A stretch of 64,000 bases of DNA from Raillietiella orientalis (lineage: Eukaryota): assembly GCA_036172245.1 (NCBI GenBank), contig JAYWIR010000017.1, forward strand, positions 2,976,001 to 3,040,000, read 5' to 3'. Position 1 is the first letter of the stretch. Each line of letters begins with the position of its first letter. Position numbers and translations under genes: made by a program. Positions 13,900-25,000 of this stretch are shown here, one piece after another. The notes under the pieces were generated by a model, which saw only the letters and a program-made list of their open reading frames with translations, was not told where the DNA came from and ran no database searches.

Positions 13900-15360
13900 C
13901 CACCTTCCTTTTTTTTTTTTTTCTTCTGGCTCGCCAAGTGGCCGCTCGTCTCCCTACGGGCCTCTCAAAAGTTCTTGATACACGGCCTACTCCACCCGAG
14001 GGTGCATGCGTTCACTCTCCAAGTCAGGGGTCAAACCCGGAGGGGCCACTCTATGAATCCAGGAAACCCCCGCCCTGGTTGTCTCCGAAGGGAACTCTTT
14101 CCTCCTCCTTCTCCCCGGAGGGATCCCTTGGAGGAGAACGCCTTCCCTCCATCTCTTCTGAGGGAATTCGGAGCGGATCCGCTCCTGGTTTCTTCCTCTC
14201 AAGAGAACCCCGAAGGAGCGCTTCCCGGAGGGAGAGGCGCGCTTCTTATACATTCCGGAGAGGCAGCTCTCCGAGGAGGGTATCGACTAGCTTCATGGTA
14301 ATGACTCCGTCTTCCCAGCCGGAGGGAGAATCCCGAAGGGCTCTTTGATTCCTGGAAGGACTTCCGATCCTAGCCGGTAAGCGGGGACATCCGGTTTCCG
14401 GCTTCCACCCAAAGCCCATGGACCAACCAGCTTCCCCCCGCAGAGGAGGCGTCAGCGGCTCCACTTCCACAACCAGGGGAGAAACCCTAAGGGCGTTGGC
14501 TCTTTGATTCCTGGAAGGACCTCGAAGGGTTCAACTTCCGATCCCGGCCAGTCCACAAGGTCATCCTTACCGGATCTCCTTGCCAGTGCCACCGCACCCG
14601 AAGCCTCTACAGTCAACCAGCGTCATCCTGCGGGGGGCGGGGGAACTCCTCAAAACCCACGCTTCCGGCGCATCTCATTTCCTGGCGTCGATTCTTCCCC
14701 GGGCGGGATTCGAACCCGCGACGCTCTGTGCTGCCACGTGTAGCGGGCCTCCCTTCCTTGTAGGAGCTCCAGGGAGGCTTCACATGTTTGCCTCCCCTGC
14801 GTGTGCTGCTAGCAAGCACGCCCGGAGGCAGACGCTGGCGCTTCCCAAGTTGCGGCCACCCCGAAAGAGCGGCCGCTTTTCGCCGAGGGAACGATCACTG
14901 ATGATGAGGGCAATTTTTCCCGAGGTTTTCGCTGGACCGCTCGGTCGCATCCGCGCTGGCTTGAGTTCGGGGAGTTTCCTCCAGGTGAGCTCGTCGTGGG
15001 GGTGGGAGCCGCGGATGCGCTCTGATCCCTCGCACCCGTTTCCCTTCCCCCAAGCGGTCCTCAGCCTCCCTGGACTCCTTCAGCTTTTCAAGGTTGCGTG
15101 TCCTCAGCTGCAGCTCCTGCTCATCTCCTTGGCTCTTTGAGCTGGCATTCGGCTCCTACGCGCATCGAAACTGCCGGGATTCGCACCGTCGTGGCCGGCA
15201 GGCTGCCACTCGCTTTGTTCGGAAACGTTTCGCCTGCGTTCTCTGCAACCGAACGCAGGAACTGTTTCGAGATCCAGTCCCTATGTGATCACGATGAGCA
15301 AGGTTGCCGAGAGCTCTTTCTTCACTCTCCACCTTCTCCTCCTCAAGGAAGTCTCATTTT
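13900..15360 (-). mobile_element. ORF1 (gag-like) repeat family, copy B
   Basis: DNA homology to 16300-17400 and 38850-40670. Translation includes KLPELKP...IALII...LFRGG...VCLRAC..AH (Tx1/L1 ORF1-like region with a decayed CCHC knuckle) and the tail motif LVDTLLGELPL. Internal duplication: identical 22-mer at 14340-14361 and 14499-14520. Confidence 0.6.
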
Positions 15361-15559
15361 TATTAGGTGAGGGGGGGGGGGGGCTTGTAGCCGAATCTGC
15401 CCGCGGATTGCCCGGTTATTCCATTCCTTTCTGGAAGGTTCGAACCATTGGCAACAGAGTGCTCCATACGGATACCTCCGTCATTCTTCTGCTTCTGTTC
15501 ATCTCTGCCCCAGTTTTATTTTATTTTTGCTTCGGTGGGAGTTCGGCCAGGGAAGGAGA

Positions 15560-16050
15560 ACGCGCCCTGTAGGCTTAGATGGTGTCCCTGAATTACCTCA
15601 GGGACACCAGGTCGTCCAGGTCGCCGAACCATGTGCCGGGCACTCATGCCACGCACCCCGAAAGGGGTTCCAGTGTCTTCCTGCCGATGTTGACCCCGGT
15701 CCTGACCGCGAAGAGGGTCTCCATAGCCTCCGCTTCATCGAGGTCGACCATGGACAGCGCCTTCTGCTGCCCCTCCTCCCCGAGTTAAATGGAGCAAACC
15801 CTGCCTTCAGCGTGATCCTCCTACCCCCATCTTTCCCCGTTTTCCCTCGGCAGGAGGGACGTCCCAATTCCTGCCCGCGTTCTCATCATCCACTCATCGC
15901 TTCTTTTCCGAAGCTCCGTCCACCGCTCTTCGTAAGGACCCTCCTCCGCCGTTGTAGCGGCTTGGACTCATCCGTGCCTCCCTCTCCGTCTCCTGACGCG
16001 CGCCGTCGTGACGGTCCACAAGAGGAAGCGGCTGAGCCTTCCCGGATCAC
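15560..16050 (-). mobile_element. Possible N-terminal/RRM-like part of non-LTR ORF1, upstream of copy B
   Basis: Minus frame GQQKALSMVDLDEAEAMETLFAVRTGVNIGRKTLEPL looks protein-like and resembles ORF1 RRM regions. It is on the same strand as copy B, about 200 bp upstream. Confidence 0.3.
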
Positions 16051-16299
16051 ACCATCTGCTAGCAACAAGCATTTTTTTTCCCCAGAGACCTACGTGGCCT
16101 TTGGTAATTTCGAAGGACTTCATAATAATCTCTTGTCATCCCACTACTCGTTCCTCTCTATTTTTTTTTTTTTTAGGAGCTAGTAGCGACCTCATGATGA
16201 GACCTATTTTCATTGACCTAGGATGGTGACAATCTCTTCCGTTCTCTCTGCTGTCCTTCCAGGTTTTCTCTTGGGGGGGGGGGAGGGTGTTAAGAGATT

Positions 16300-17400
16300 T
16301 TTGCCAAGTGCTGAAAAGACGTTTGCCTTACTGGGGGGACCCATGAAGCTCCTTAACGCTGTCCACGCCACCTAAGGGTGAGTGCTCCCTTCAAGCTAGG
16401 GAGCAACTCTGTAGAGACCACCCTGTGAATCCAGGACGGCTCCGGAGGCGGGAGGAGTCCGTCGCTCTCCCACGCCTGGGAGGGAATCCCTTGTTTATTC
16501 TCTCTGGAGAGTCCCTGGCCCCGAAGGGGGCCGCTTCTTACTTCTCCGAAGGGAACCCGCAAGGGAACCGCTCCTCGTTTCCTCCTCCTCTGAAGAGAAC
16601 CCCAAGGGGAGCAGAGAACTCCCTACACCCTGGAGTGGCAACTCCCCGAGGGGAGCATCAACCAGCTCCATGGCAATGTCTCCACTTTCACAACCGGAGG
16701 GAGACCTCGAAAGGCTCCTTTGTTCTTGAAAGGACCCCGGAAGATCGACTTCCAATCCCAGTCATTCAGCAGGGGCATCCGAGTTCCATCAGTGCCACTG
16801 CATCTGAACAGGCCAACCAGTGTCGCCTTGCGGGGGAAACTCGAAAGCCATGACGCGCCTATTTCTCAGCGTCGATCCCTCCTCGTGTGGGATGTGAACC
16901 CGCAACGGCTGGTAACATGCGCGGAGGCTGGCGTGGCCGCACGTCAGCGTTGGCGGCCGTGTGCATGCTCCTGCAAGTCTCCGCGCGTGGTTCTCCTTCA
17001 TTTTCGAGCAAATGCAGGGCTATGCGTTTCCACTTTTCCAGCTTCCTCGTTTATCTGGCACCCTTGTTTTTTCCCTTGGACGCTCGCCATCTTGAATTTT
17101 GCATGGAATTTCGTCTGAAGGACAAGTGAGGAGACCCTAGCCAACGCCTTCAATTCGCCGACTACGCCTTTCTTCTCGCAAAGGGATTCAGCCTTCCGCC
17201 CTGAGGGCAACGCCCCCCAGAGACGGTGCCCGTCGCCGCCAGATGGGGAGGGGAACCGCCGGGTCACGTCCTCGACAGATGTGCCAGCGAAGAGCCTCAA
17301 GCGCGGGCAGGCACGACAAGCCGGTGACCCAAGCCAAGAGGGGTTATTTGGAAACGCCGGAAGCTGATCGCAAGGACGGACTCCGAGCTGACGCAGCATT
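16300..17400 (-). mobile_element. ORF1 (gag-like) repeat family, copy C
   Basis: Homologous to copies A and B: FEFPPQGDTGWPV, ELVDAPLGELPLQ, GFSSEEEET, TLRWRGQ. Upstream PACRACPRLRLF...HRLWGALPSG...VSSL...KMAS aligns with copy A. Confidence 0.65.
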
Positions 17401-18179
17401 GCTGTCCCGGGACGAAGTGAAAGCAGAGCCGGAGGTGGAGCCTAATATGGAACGGCTCCAGAGTGGTGACTACAACCTCAAGAGCCCCCGCGTTATCGTG
17501 AGAGCTCCGGGATGTGGCGCTGAGGGGTCGCCGATCCCGAAGAGGCAGGAAGATCGAATCGGAAGGGAACGGACGCTCTCTCATTGGCAGCATTCCCGGG
17601 ACGTGTCCCGGAAATGTCGAACGGGTCGGTGTCAGTAATAGCAGGAAGAGTCTAAGGGAGGGAGGGGCAAGCGAAGAGGGTGATGGGCGCAAACGGTATT
17701 CTTCTCCATCTCCATCTTTGAACGGGGATCTTTAGGGGCTGCCAGGTGGGCCCCTAAAGATACAGCGCGTCTCCTTCACGAGGTGCTCCACTTGGCCTCG
17801 AGTGATCTTCAGCTCCTTCGGGCTTCCAAGGATCCCATTGAGAGCGCTCGCGCTGGCGCAAGAGCTGCTCCGATAGGAGCTAGTTCTGGGTGCTACTCCA
17901 TAGCATCCTTCTGAGCATTTCGCACTCTTGACTCCCGATTGCACCTCGACACGGGCTGTCAGCTTGGCCGGTGCCCTGGAGTTCTCATTTGCGTTCATCT
18001 AGCGAGGTTTCTCGTCGTCTCCTCTTCGAGGAGGCCGGAGCACTCCCGGAGCACGGCGCGCCGCCCGTCGAACTTGAGGGTCTCCGCAGACAGGGAGGGG
18101 GAAGGGGCAAGTGCCCCTTCCCCCTCCCTGTCTTTCCCGGGAAAGGAGAGAGAGACGTTCGCTCTACGCTTGGATTGTG

Positions 18180-19475
18180 CCGGGGGCATTGAGGACCGCA
18201 GATGAGCGTCTCTCATCTGGGAGAGAAAGGAATGCGTCCCTGCGGTCGGGTGCACGAGCCGCTCTCCTGCGGCAGCCGACCGTGTACGGTTCTCGCGTGA
18301 GGGACCGGCCACCTAAAGATGATGGCGACTGGCAGCGGGTGAGTTCTCCTAAAGAGAACTTCCGCCGCAGCATCTGGGCAGCGTGCTGGTGGGAATCGTG
18401 GAAACGGTGGTCAGCTGCGCATCGTCGTCCGGAGGAGCATTTGGTGTGCCAACAAAATGCGGCTGGCATTTCCGGCTAGACTTGAGAGATGACGAAAGAA
18501 GACTGAGATTGCACGGACACCGATGTCTCAGTGGTCTTTGGGCCAGGTTGCTCAGAAACTGCGCAAACTGGCCCGGGTCTCCGCAACCTTCTTGAACCAG
18601 AGTTGCCCTCCTTATGGTGCAAGTAATGACATTTGCCTGCATTCAAGGTGGGGGGGAGCTATCCGTGGTCTTGCAGGCGCCGATAAACCTTCGGCTGGAC
18701 GGCGGGACAACTTTCAAGAGAAGAAACACCGGGTGCGTGCCCCGAATGACAGCTCACATGGGGAAGATTTCCTTTAAATTGCTTCAAGAGTTCTGAAGAT
18801 CTCCTCAAGAATAGCTTTACACTTCCCGTGAGGTAACAGCACTCGGCTATGCTGCTGCTCCACGCAACGCTTGCCTGCGCCACAGTCAGAGAGAAGGTGT
18901 GGTCCACATCTGTTCCAAATAGGAAGAAGAGAAATCCTCCCTTCACGTGCTTGCGGACTGTGCTTCCCTCTGGTCTTGCAATCAGCAGAGGGTAACCCCC
19001 TCCGTGAGCATTACTATGTCGACTGCCGCGACGTCCGTGATCCTCTGCTGCTTCCGTGGCATAGCCGCTGCACAGAGTGCTGACGCAAGAGGACAGAATG
19101 ACAGGTACGCCATCCTCATGGTTATCTGCTCCTTGAGCAGGACAACGAGATCTAGTGGATCTTAGCGTGAAACTTGCCAGCATCCTGTATAGGATGCTAG
19201 GAAGCCCAGTGGAGTACCACTGACCTCTCCCTGTCTTGCCTCTTCTTCCGCATAACAAGTTATGTATTTTTTTCTTTTGATCTGGTACCCCTTCTCTGTC
19301 TTTCTGATTGCAGTCCTTACTAACAGGTTAGGTGGCTTCTCGCGTGCTCATACAGAAGTCTCCTGACTTTGACAGGACCTGGTTGTGTCCTCTCCCTTCT
19401 CCTTCTTTCGTTTCTTGGTACGCCTGCTGTTACAAGCTGCAATAATTGCCCGGGCGTGACCGCGTGTCACAACAT
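18180..19475 (+). mobile_element. 3' fragment of L1/Tx1-like element (thumb, zf-RVT, 3' UTR)
   Basis: LPVR*QHSAMLLLH...KSSLHVLADCASLW (zf-RVT HxxxxC motif). DNA similarity to 39429-40126. Ends with AATAAT and hairpin GTGAC-CGCGT-GTCAC (19456-19470). Confidence 0.7.
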
Positions 19476-19499
19476 AAAAAGGGAAAGCCGATCGTAGGG

Positions 19500-20070
19500 A
19501 CAACATCCTAGGTCACATGGCTTTCAGTGAGATTGGTCGGTTCACTCTGCGCTTGATTTCTCAAGGTCTTTGTAGTTTTGTTCCAGCTCGTGGAGATCAG
19601 CATCCCGCCCACAAACGATCTCTTGCGAACTTTGACTATTCGGAGATTGACCGTGTCCAGGTCGTCCATTCTCATTAGAACCCGACCAGAAGTTCATCTT
19701 ACTATTCTACGTCGAGCACTTTGTTTTCCGGACGCGGAGAAAAGCAGGAAGAGACATCATTCTCGGGGTCTTGGTGCCTTCTGCACCCAGAGTAATCTCC
19801 GAGGCAACTCCTCACCTCTTCGTGTCGATCTGGCGACCTGCACAAGGCAGCCTTTTGCTCGAACTCTTCGGCGCCCAGGTTGCCCGCGAGTAGGCGAACA
19901 CTCCCGCTTCCGACCTGATGGAAAAGGATTCCGGTGTGCTTCACCTGCGGCTGCTGAAGTCTCATCCGAGGGCTCCCAGCAGGAGCTGGTACCATCCTGT
20001 TTCTTTCGGCAACTCCTGGTCTCCTTCGATCGGCGTCTCTCTCCGGGTCCTCTCGCTTGATCGAAATGGT
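19500..20070 (-). mobile_element. Diverged ORF1 (gag-like) remnant
   Basis: Minus frames give HRNPFPSGRKRE (compare copy C HRLWGALPSGRKAE) and MSLPAFLRV...GRPGH (decayed CCHC knuckle). Confidence 0.4.
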
Positions 20071-20899
20071 TTCTTTCACTTTTTTTCCCCTCTCTCTTCA
20101 GATAAAGATCCGAGTGTTTTCCGTTCAGTCAAGAGTTGACGATCTCTTATTGTCATGCTTCCCTCTCATAAATCTGAAAAGCCAAGAACCGTGCGCCCCT
20201 TTTCTACTTCATTTCTTTGCATTCGAAGAGCGGAACTCCCGCCCGGACCGTACGTCGTTCCTGCCTAACCTTGCTTTTTTGTTCCAGCGGCCATTGCAAT
20301 CTGTTCCCGTTCGTCTTCCTGCGTTCCGATGGAATGTATTGACAATGGGCCTCTCTCTCTTCATTCCACTGGTTCCTTTGGAGAAACTAGGGATCACTTT
20401 TTTGTGCGCGTCTTAAAAGTGGATGCCATCTGCAGAGGAGAACTGTGCAGTTTTTCTCCTTTCGCCTCACCAAACCGTCGTATGAGGGATTCCCCCCTGG
20501 ACAAAAAAAAAAAGACAAACCGAGGAACGAACGGACAGACTGTAGCTTCATTATCACCGGATGCCAACATTACAGGTTGCAATTTTGGCCGGAGATTCTC
20601 TGAAGAAAACAGATTACAGAATCAGAGGACCTTTTCCAGGGAACATCTGGGCAGACAGAGCAGAGGTGAGAGAATCCGCGAGGCCAGAGACTGCGGATGG
20701 ACTGCCTACAAAGGTAGAGGCTGACTGCCAGAAATAAATCCTTCGCCTTCGTCGAAGCTTGAGATTGCTCCGCGGCAATGGGAGTTTCGGCCGTCCATTC
20801 CAACTGCAGAGCTGCAACGGAGGCAATGACATCCAAGTCCAGGAGTCGCGCTCCGGGGACAGAGCCAGTCGCAGGTGTAGGAGGCGTGTGTGTGCAGGA

Positions 20900-21950
20900 A
20901 GATTCTTTACTGAGCATTTCCAGTCACTCTACCAACAATGAAGCTACCCACACGGAAGGACATGATGGGTCTGGTCATCTCGAAAGATTGGGAGGCTGGC
21001 CTATGACTGGCAGCCTATTTTTGGGGTGGACTCCAAGATTCCTCGACGAGATCTGATGCTCCAGGGAGAAGAAAGAGTAACTGTGGTGGGTGCCGCTTGT
21101 TACCACAAGCATTCAGCAGCGGTTCAGGAAGAGAAAGGACGGTAGGAGGAGAGCAACCACAGAGGGAGCCGGCTACTCACTTCTCCTCCAAAGCAAAGGC
21201 AGTAACAGTGAGAGCGCTTCGTTGTAGGAGGTTCCCCTGGGATCCTGGATTTGAAGATGGAAGCAGAAAGGGAACGGAGCATCCGGAAGAGAAAGACGGA
21301 GCGCATCAAAATGAACATGGCGTGCTGGGATATCTAGTACCCTTACGATTTATATCGGCAGCGTCGGACGAGTCGCTTCTCGTGCTGAAAAAACTATCAG
21401 TGGTCACCACCCCTCCATAGGACGAGCAGAAACGGATAGGCTGAGATGATGAGAAAGCACCCTCTTCCCCCATTTGCCTGGATCCTCTTTCTTAACACGG
21501 CTGCAGTCAACGAGACGCGGTCGAAACTGTTGTAGCTGTCTCCACAGAACACTGGAATCTGGGTGATCTCTTGCGTACGGAACGCGCATCCCGTCTCATC
21601 TTCGAAGGGAGGCGCGCATCTCATCAAGCCGGGATCCAAGTGACCCTTCGAAGAGACATTTGGCTTCCGGTACTCCGATCATTTGGGGGGGGGGGGGATT
21701 GCAGACGACTTTGGGAGGGAGAAAAGCATACCACTCGTGCGTGGATTCTGGTTGCCGAAGCAGCAGGCTTGGATGCTCGAGTGCGTCTTCCGCGCTGACC
21801 ATCCTCTCCGTGGGGTCCCTCTGACTCAGCTTCTCGCCACACTTTTTTTCCGGAGCACTCTGAGCATAGCAGCCGCACTGTTGCGTCTTCCTCATCCTTC
21901 TCCCCTGAAATTCTATCCCCGCTATTGAAACACGCGTACCGGGGCTCGAA
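20900..21950 (-). mobile_element. Decayed L1-like RT fragment
   Basis: Minus frames in order: DSYNSFDRVS (DxxKAFDRVS), KGTRYPSTPCSF (GVRQGxPLSPxLF-like), VTAFA (AFADD-like), RNLGV (KYLGV-like). Confidence 0.5.
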
Positions 21951-23849
21951 CGGAAGTTTCTATTTGCAAGCTATCGAACAGCCAAATGGTCCGCACTGAA
22001 TCATGAGTGATGCATGGAACCAGGGAACCAGGGATTGCTGTACGTCCAAGATGATTCATGCGAGCGTATTAATATTCCAAGGCAAAGAGAAGGAGCCAGA
22101 AATCTGCCTGGATCTCCAGGACCCCTCCCCTTTCCTCCCCCCCAAAAAATCAGGGCAGGAGGGATTCAAGTTTTCCCGCGTCACTGATGGAAGGAAAATC
22201 CACCAGTGTGGGAGGAGGAGGCTTCGCTAATGGAAAAGACTAGCAGGCCTGATACGAGACTCCTACACAAACAGCAATGCCACTGGCCGTCTAGCCGACG
22301 GCATTTGTCCGTGCTTGCCAGCATTAGCGCCCATTCTTGCGCGGACAGATAGCAGCATTGACCCCTCGAGGACGGAGGAGGCGCGCACGCTTTCGCGTGA
22401 AGAATTCCAGTCATCGGGAAAGAGGACTCCTGGAGCCTTTCCCCGTTCTCTCCCGTCCACCGCTGGACTCTCTTCTCGTTGGGCCTGAAGAAGCATCCTC
22501 CACTCGCCCACGGGACTCCCGCCCCGAGGGACACCTGGCTCGCAGAAGGACTCTCTGTTGCTGCTCAGCAGTGGACACCGTCCTAAAACTCGCGACGGTG
22601 TGTCCTCGAGGGTTGAGTAGAAAAAAGTGGTCCATAGGCTGGACGACTTGATTTATCGATCCGCGGGAGGATGGAAGGAGGGAACTGTTTCGATTTCTTC
22701 CCCGGGAACGGAAAGCACGTCCTTTGGAAACCGCTGCTGTCCCTACGCTTCGCGGAGGCTGCCTCTCTCCTCCCCATGAATGTCCGCTGATTGGCTTTGG
22801 AATTTTCATCTCGCGGTTTCTTCCAAAGAATCTCTTGCCTACTTCCGGGTGAGGGTGGGGTGGGGAGGAGGACCCAGCGCCGACTCTGGCAGCAGCTCCC
22901 GCCAATTTGCCTTCGATGTCTCCCCACATATGACCACGGTGGACTGCCGCCACTGAGAGAGCCCCCCTTCCGTCCGCGAGCAGGCAGGAAACCAGCAGCA
23001 TCCCACGGCCTCCGCGGCGGTTGCATCTCGACCCTCCGAGATGCTCAGCATCCTCCCAACCGGCCGGGGGAACTCTGCGGCAGCTGCTCGCAGGCGCCGT
23101 CGCCGGACGTGGGCGCGTGCTTTCGGGGCGACCCGGTGAGGGCGCGTGGATTTCTCCCTCTCCCTCATTCTGCCCCTTCGTCTGAGCCCCGCATATAAAC
23201 ACGCGCCCGGGTCCCTTCCCCCGTGCTCCTGGCTTTCCCACTCGCCTCCGAGAAAAGAGAGCCTTCTGTCCGCCCGCCCGCAGAACAAATCCTGCCCTTT
23301 CCTGGTAGGCTGCACACGGAAAGCACGGCCCACAAAGCAGCGAAAATTTCCGATGGGGCGCCTAATGCATGGGGTAGGGATCCGCGAGGCAACATACCAG
23401 TAATTGACTCTTCCATTCTTTGGGGCTTGCTCGCGTCAAATGGCTGGAGGCGTGACTCTCGGAATCAACTAGCCGCGCGCGCCAGCCGCCCCGCAGATTC
23501 GCTGGGGTCGTCCCTGCTTTCTCCGGAGAGCAGACGCCGAGTCTGCGGCACACTGTTTTTCGTCCGCCATCCTTTCCGTTTCCCCGGTATTCCAAAAGGG
23601 GAATGGATGGCATGTTCCACATTGGTCCTCGATGTTAAGGGCGAGTCTCCACCTTCCCTCCTCCTCTTTCTTTTTTCCTTGCTTTTTTCCTCCTCCTCCT
23701 CCTCCTTTTCCTTCCTTCCTTCTTTCTCTTACTTCCTTCCTTCCTCCCACCTCCTTCTCTTTCCTAGGACCAAAGGGAGATCACAAGGAATCCATTGAGG
23801 GAAGGGCGGGGGAAAGAACTCAAAGGTTCATCCATGCACGTGGTTTATA

Positions 23850-25000
23850 AATGACGTGCCAGGGAGCGCAGCCAGTGTAATTCTCCGCTGGCGTCACTGC
23901 CTGGCTCTCCGTTCCACTCCTTCCTAGGAACTGTGATCTCATGGGGCTTTCTTCATCGCAGCCGTTGGTCCAACCTAGACCTGTGGTACATCTCCCTGGA
24001 GCGGCGTGAGTGCTGGAGCGCACTACTTGCCTCTTGGATGTGCTTCATTCATCTCCTGCGAGAACATCGCTGCTGTCCTTGTGTTCCTCTCTCGCTTCTG
24101 GGAGGGGCGAGAAAACTGCGTGCGAGATACCCCGCAGGACCGAGTAAGGTCAGCAGTGGAAGTGAATACGTAAACGTTAGGGAGGACCTTGGTCTTCAGA
24201 AGCAGGTCGATCACCTTCATCCGGCTGACGTCCTGATCATTCACCAGGAGCATGACATCACCGGCCCTCAGTCAGCGGTCGGCGGTTCGCCGGACTGTTC
24301 GGGTAGACTGCGCTGACGACCAAGGGAGATCCTTCTCGTTTTGCCTCAAGTTGAAGCCGCTCCGCAAGTTCCACTTGCGGTCGAAAGCCACGGTCAAGTA
24401 ACCCGCGCAAGGGAAGCCCTCCTGAACGCTCCGGAACTCCGGGGTCCGAAGGGAGTGTCCTGGGGTGGTGGAAACCTAAGATGGCGGCTGGGTTCCTAAG
24501 GGAGGTGCCCGAGGACATACTTATGCGCCCGAGGAGGTAAGAAAGGGGCCGCAAAGCCATTTCCCGGGGGAAGAAGGTGTGAGGGACTCTGGTCGAAGGT
24601 GCCCCACGGCAGGAGCGGAGGTTGGCCCTGGTGGGAGGCTGCTCGTCCTCGACGCCGATGGTCATCCTGCAGGTGACGCTTGCATGCTCCTGGGAGCGGC
24701 GTCGTGGGGGCTTTCGGGCACTGCCGGAGAGCAGGAAGCAACCCAGTTCGCACAACTCCATGGCCGAACCCCCGTCTTCGTGCACGCTCAGGGCAGCAAG
24801 TGGAGGGCTAAGGGGGAAGAACGTGCTCATGTGAGGACTCTTTCAGATGCTCCGTCGCAGCACAGCGCTTCTCTTAGACATCGCTGGTTCTCTTAAGACT
24901 CCTTCGTTTGCTTAATCCCAGGATCGTAGGGATCCTAACAGCGATCTCTAGGGAGAGTACTAGCAATGGACTGCAGGATAGCTGAGCATCCTTCTTCTCG
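23850..25000 (-). mobile_element. Decayed L1/Tx1-like RT and thumb fragment
   Basis: Minus frames in order: GTFDQ/TRVPHTF (AFDRVxH), RSVQEGFPCAGYL (RGVRQGCPLSG), VVSAVY, then LLLKTKVLPNVYV (GRVLLxKxxxLP-like). Confidence 0.55.

Noticed and set aside
14690..14770. tRNA gene or classic tRNA-SINE
   Set aside because: Only the T-arm is convincing, with no complete cloverleaf. Repeat homology extends far upstream of the motif.
19180..19197. Hairpin GCATCCT-N4-AGGATGC shared with 39692-39709 and 57943-57960
   Set aside because: It lies in the ORF2 C-terminal coding sequence (ILxRM) and is absent from the 61.8-kb copy, so shared codons explain it.
22411..23241. Longest ORFs in the track (276 aa here; 251 aa at 13073-13828; 218 aa at 15527-16183)
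   Set aside because: They lie in GC-rich stretches open in several frames, are Arg/Ser/Pro-rich and show no recognisable domain, consistent with chance or antisense ORFs.
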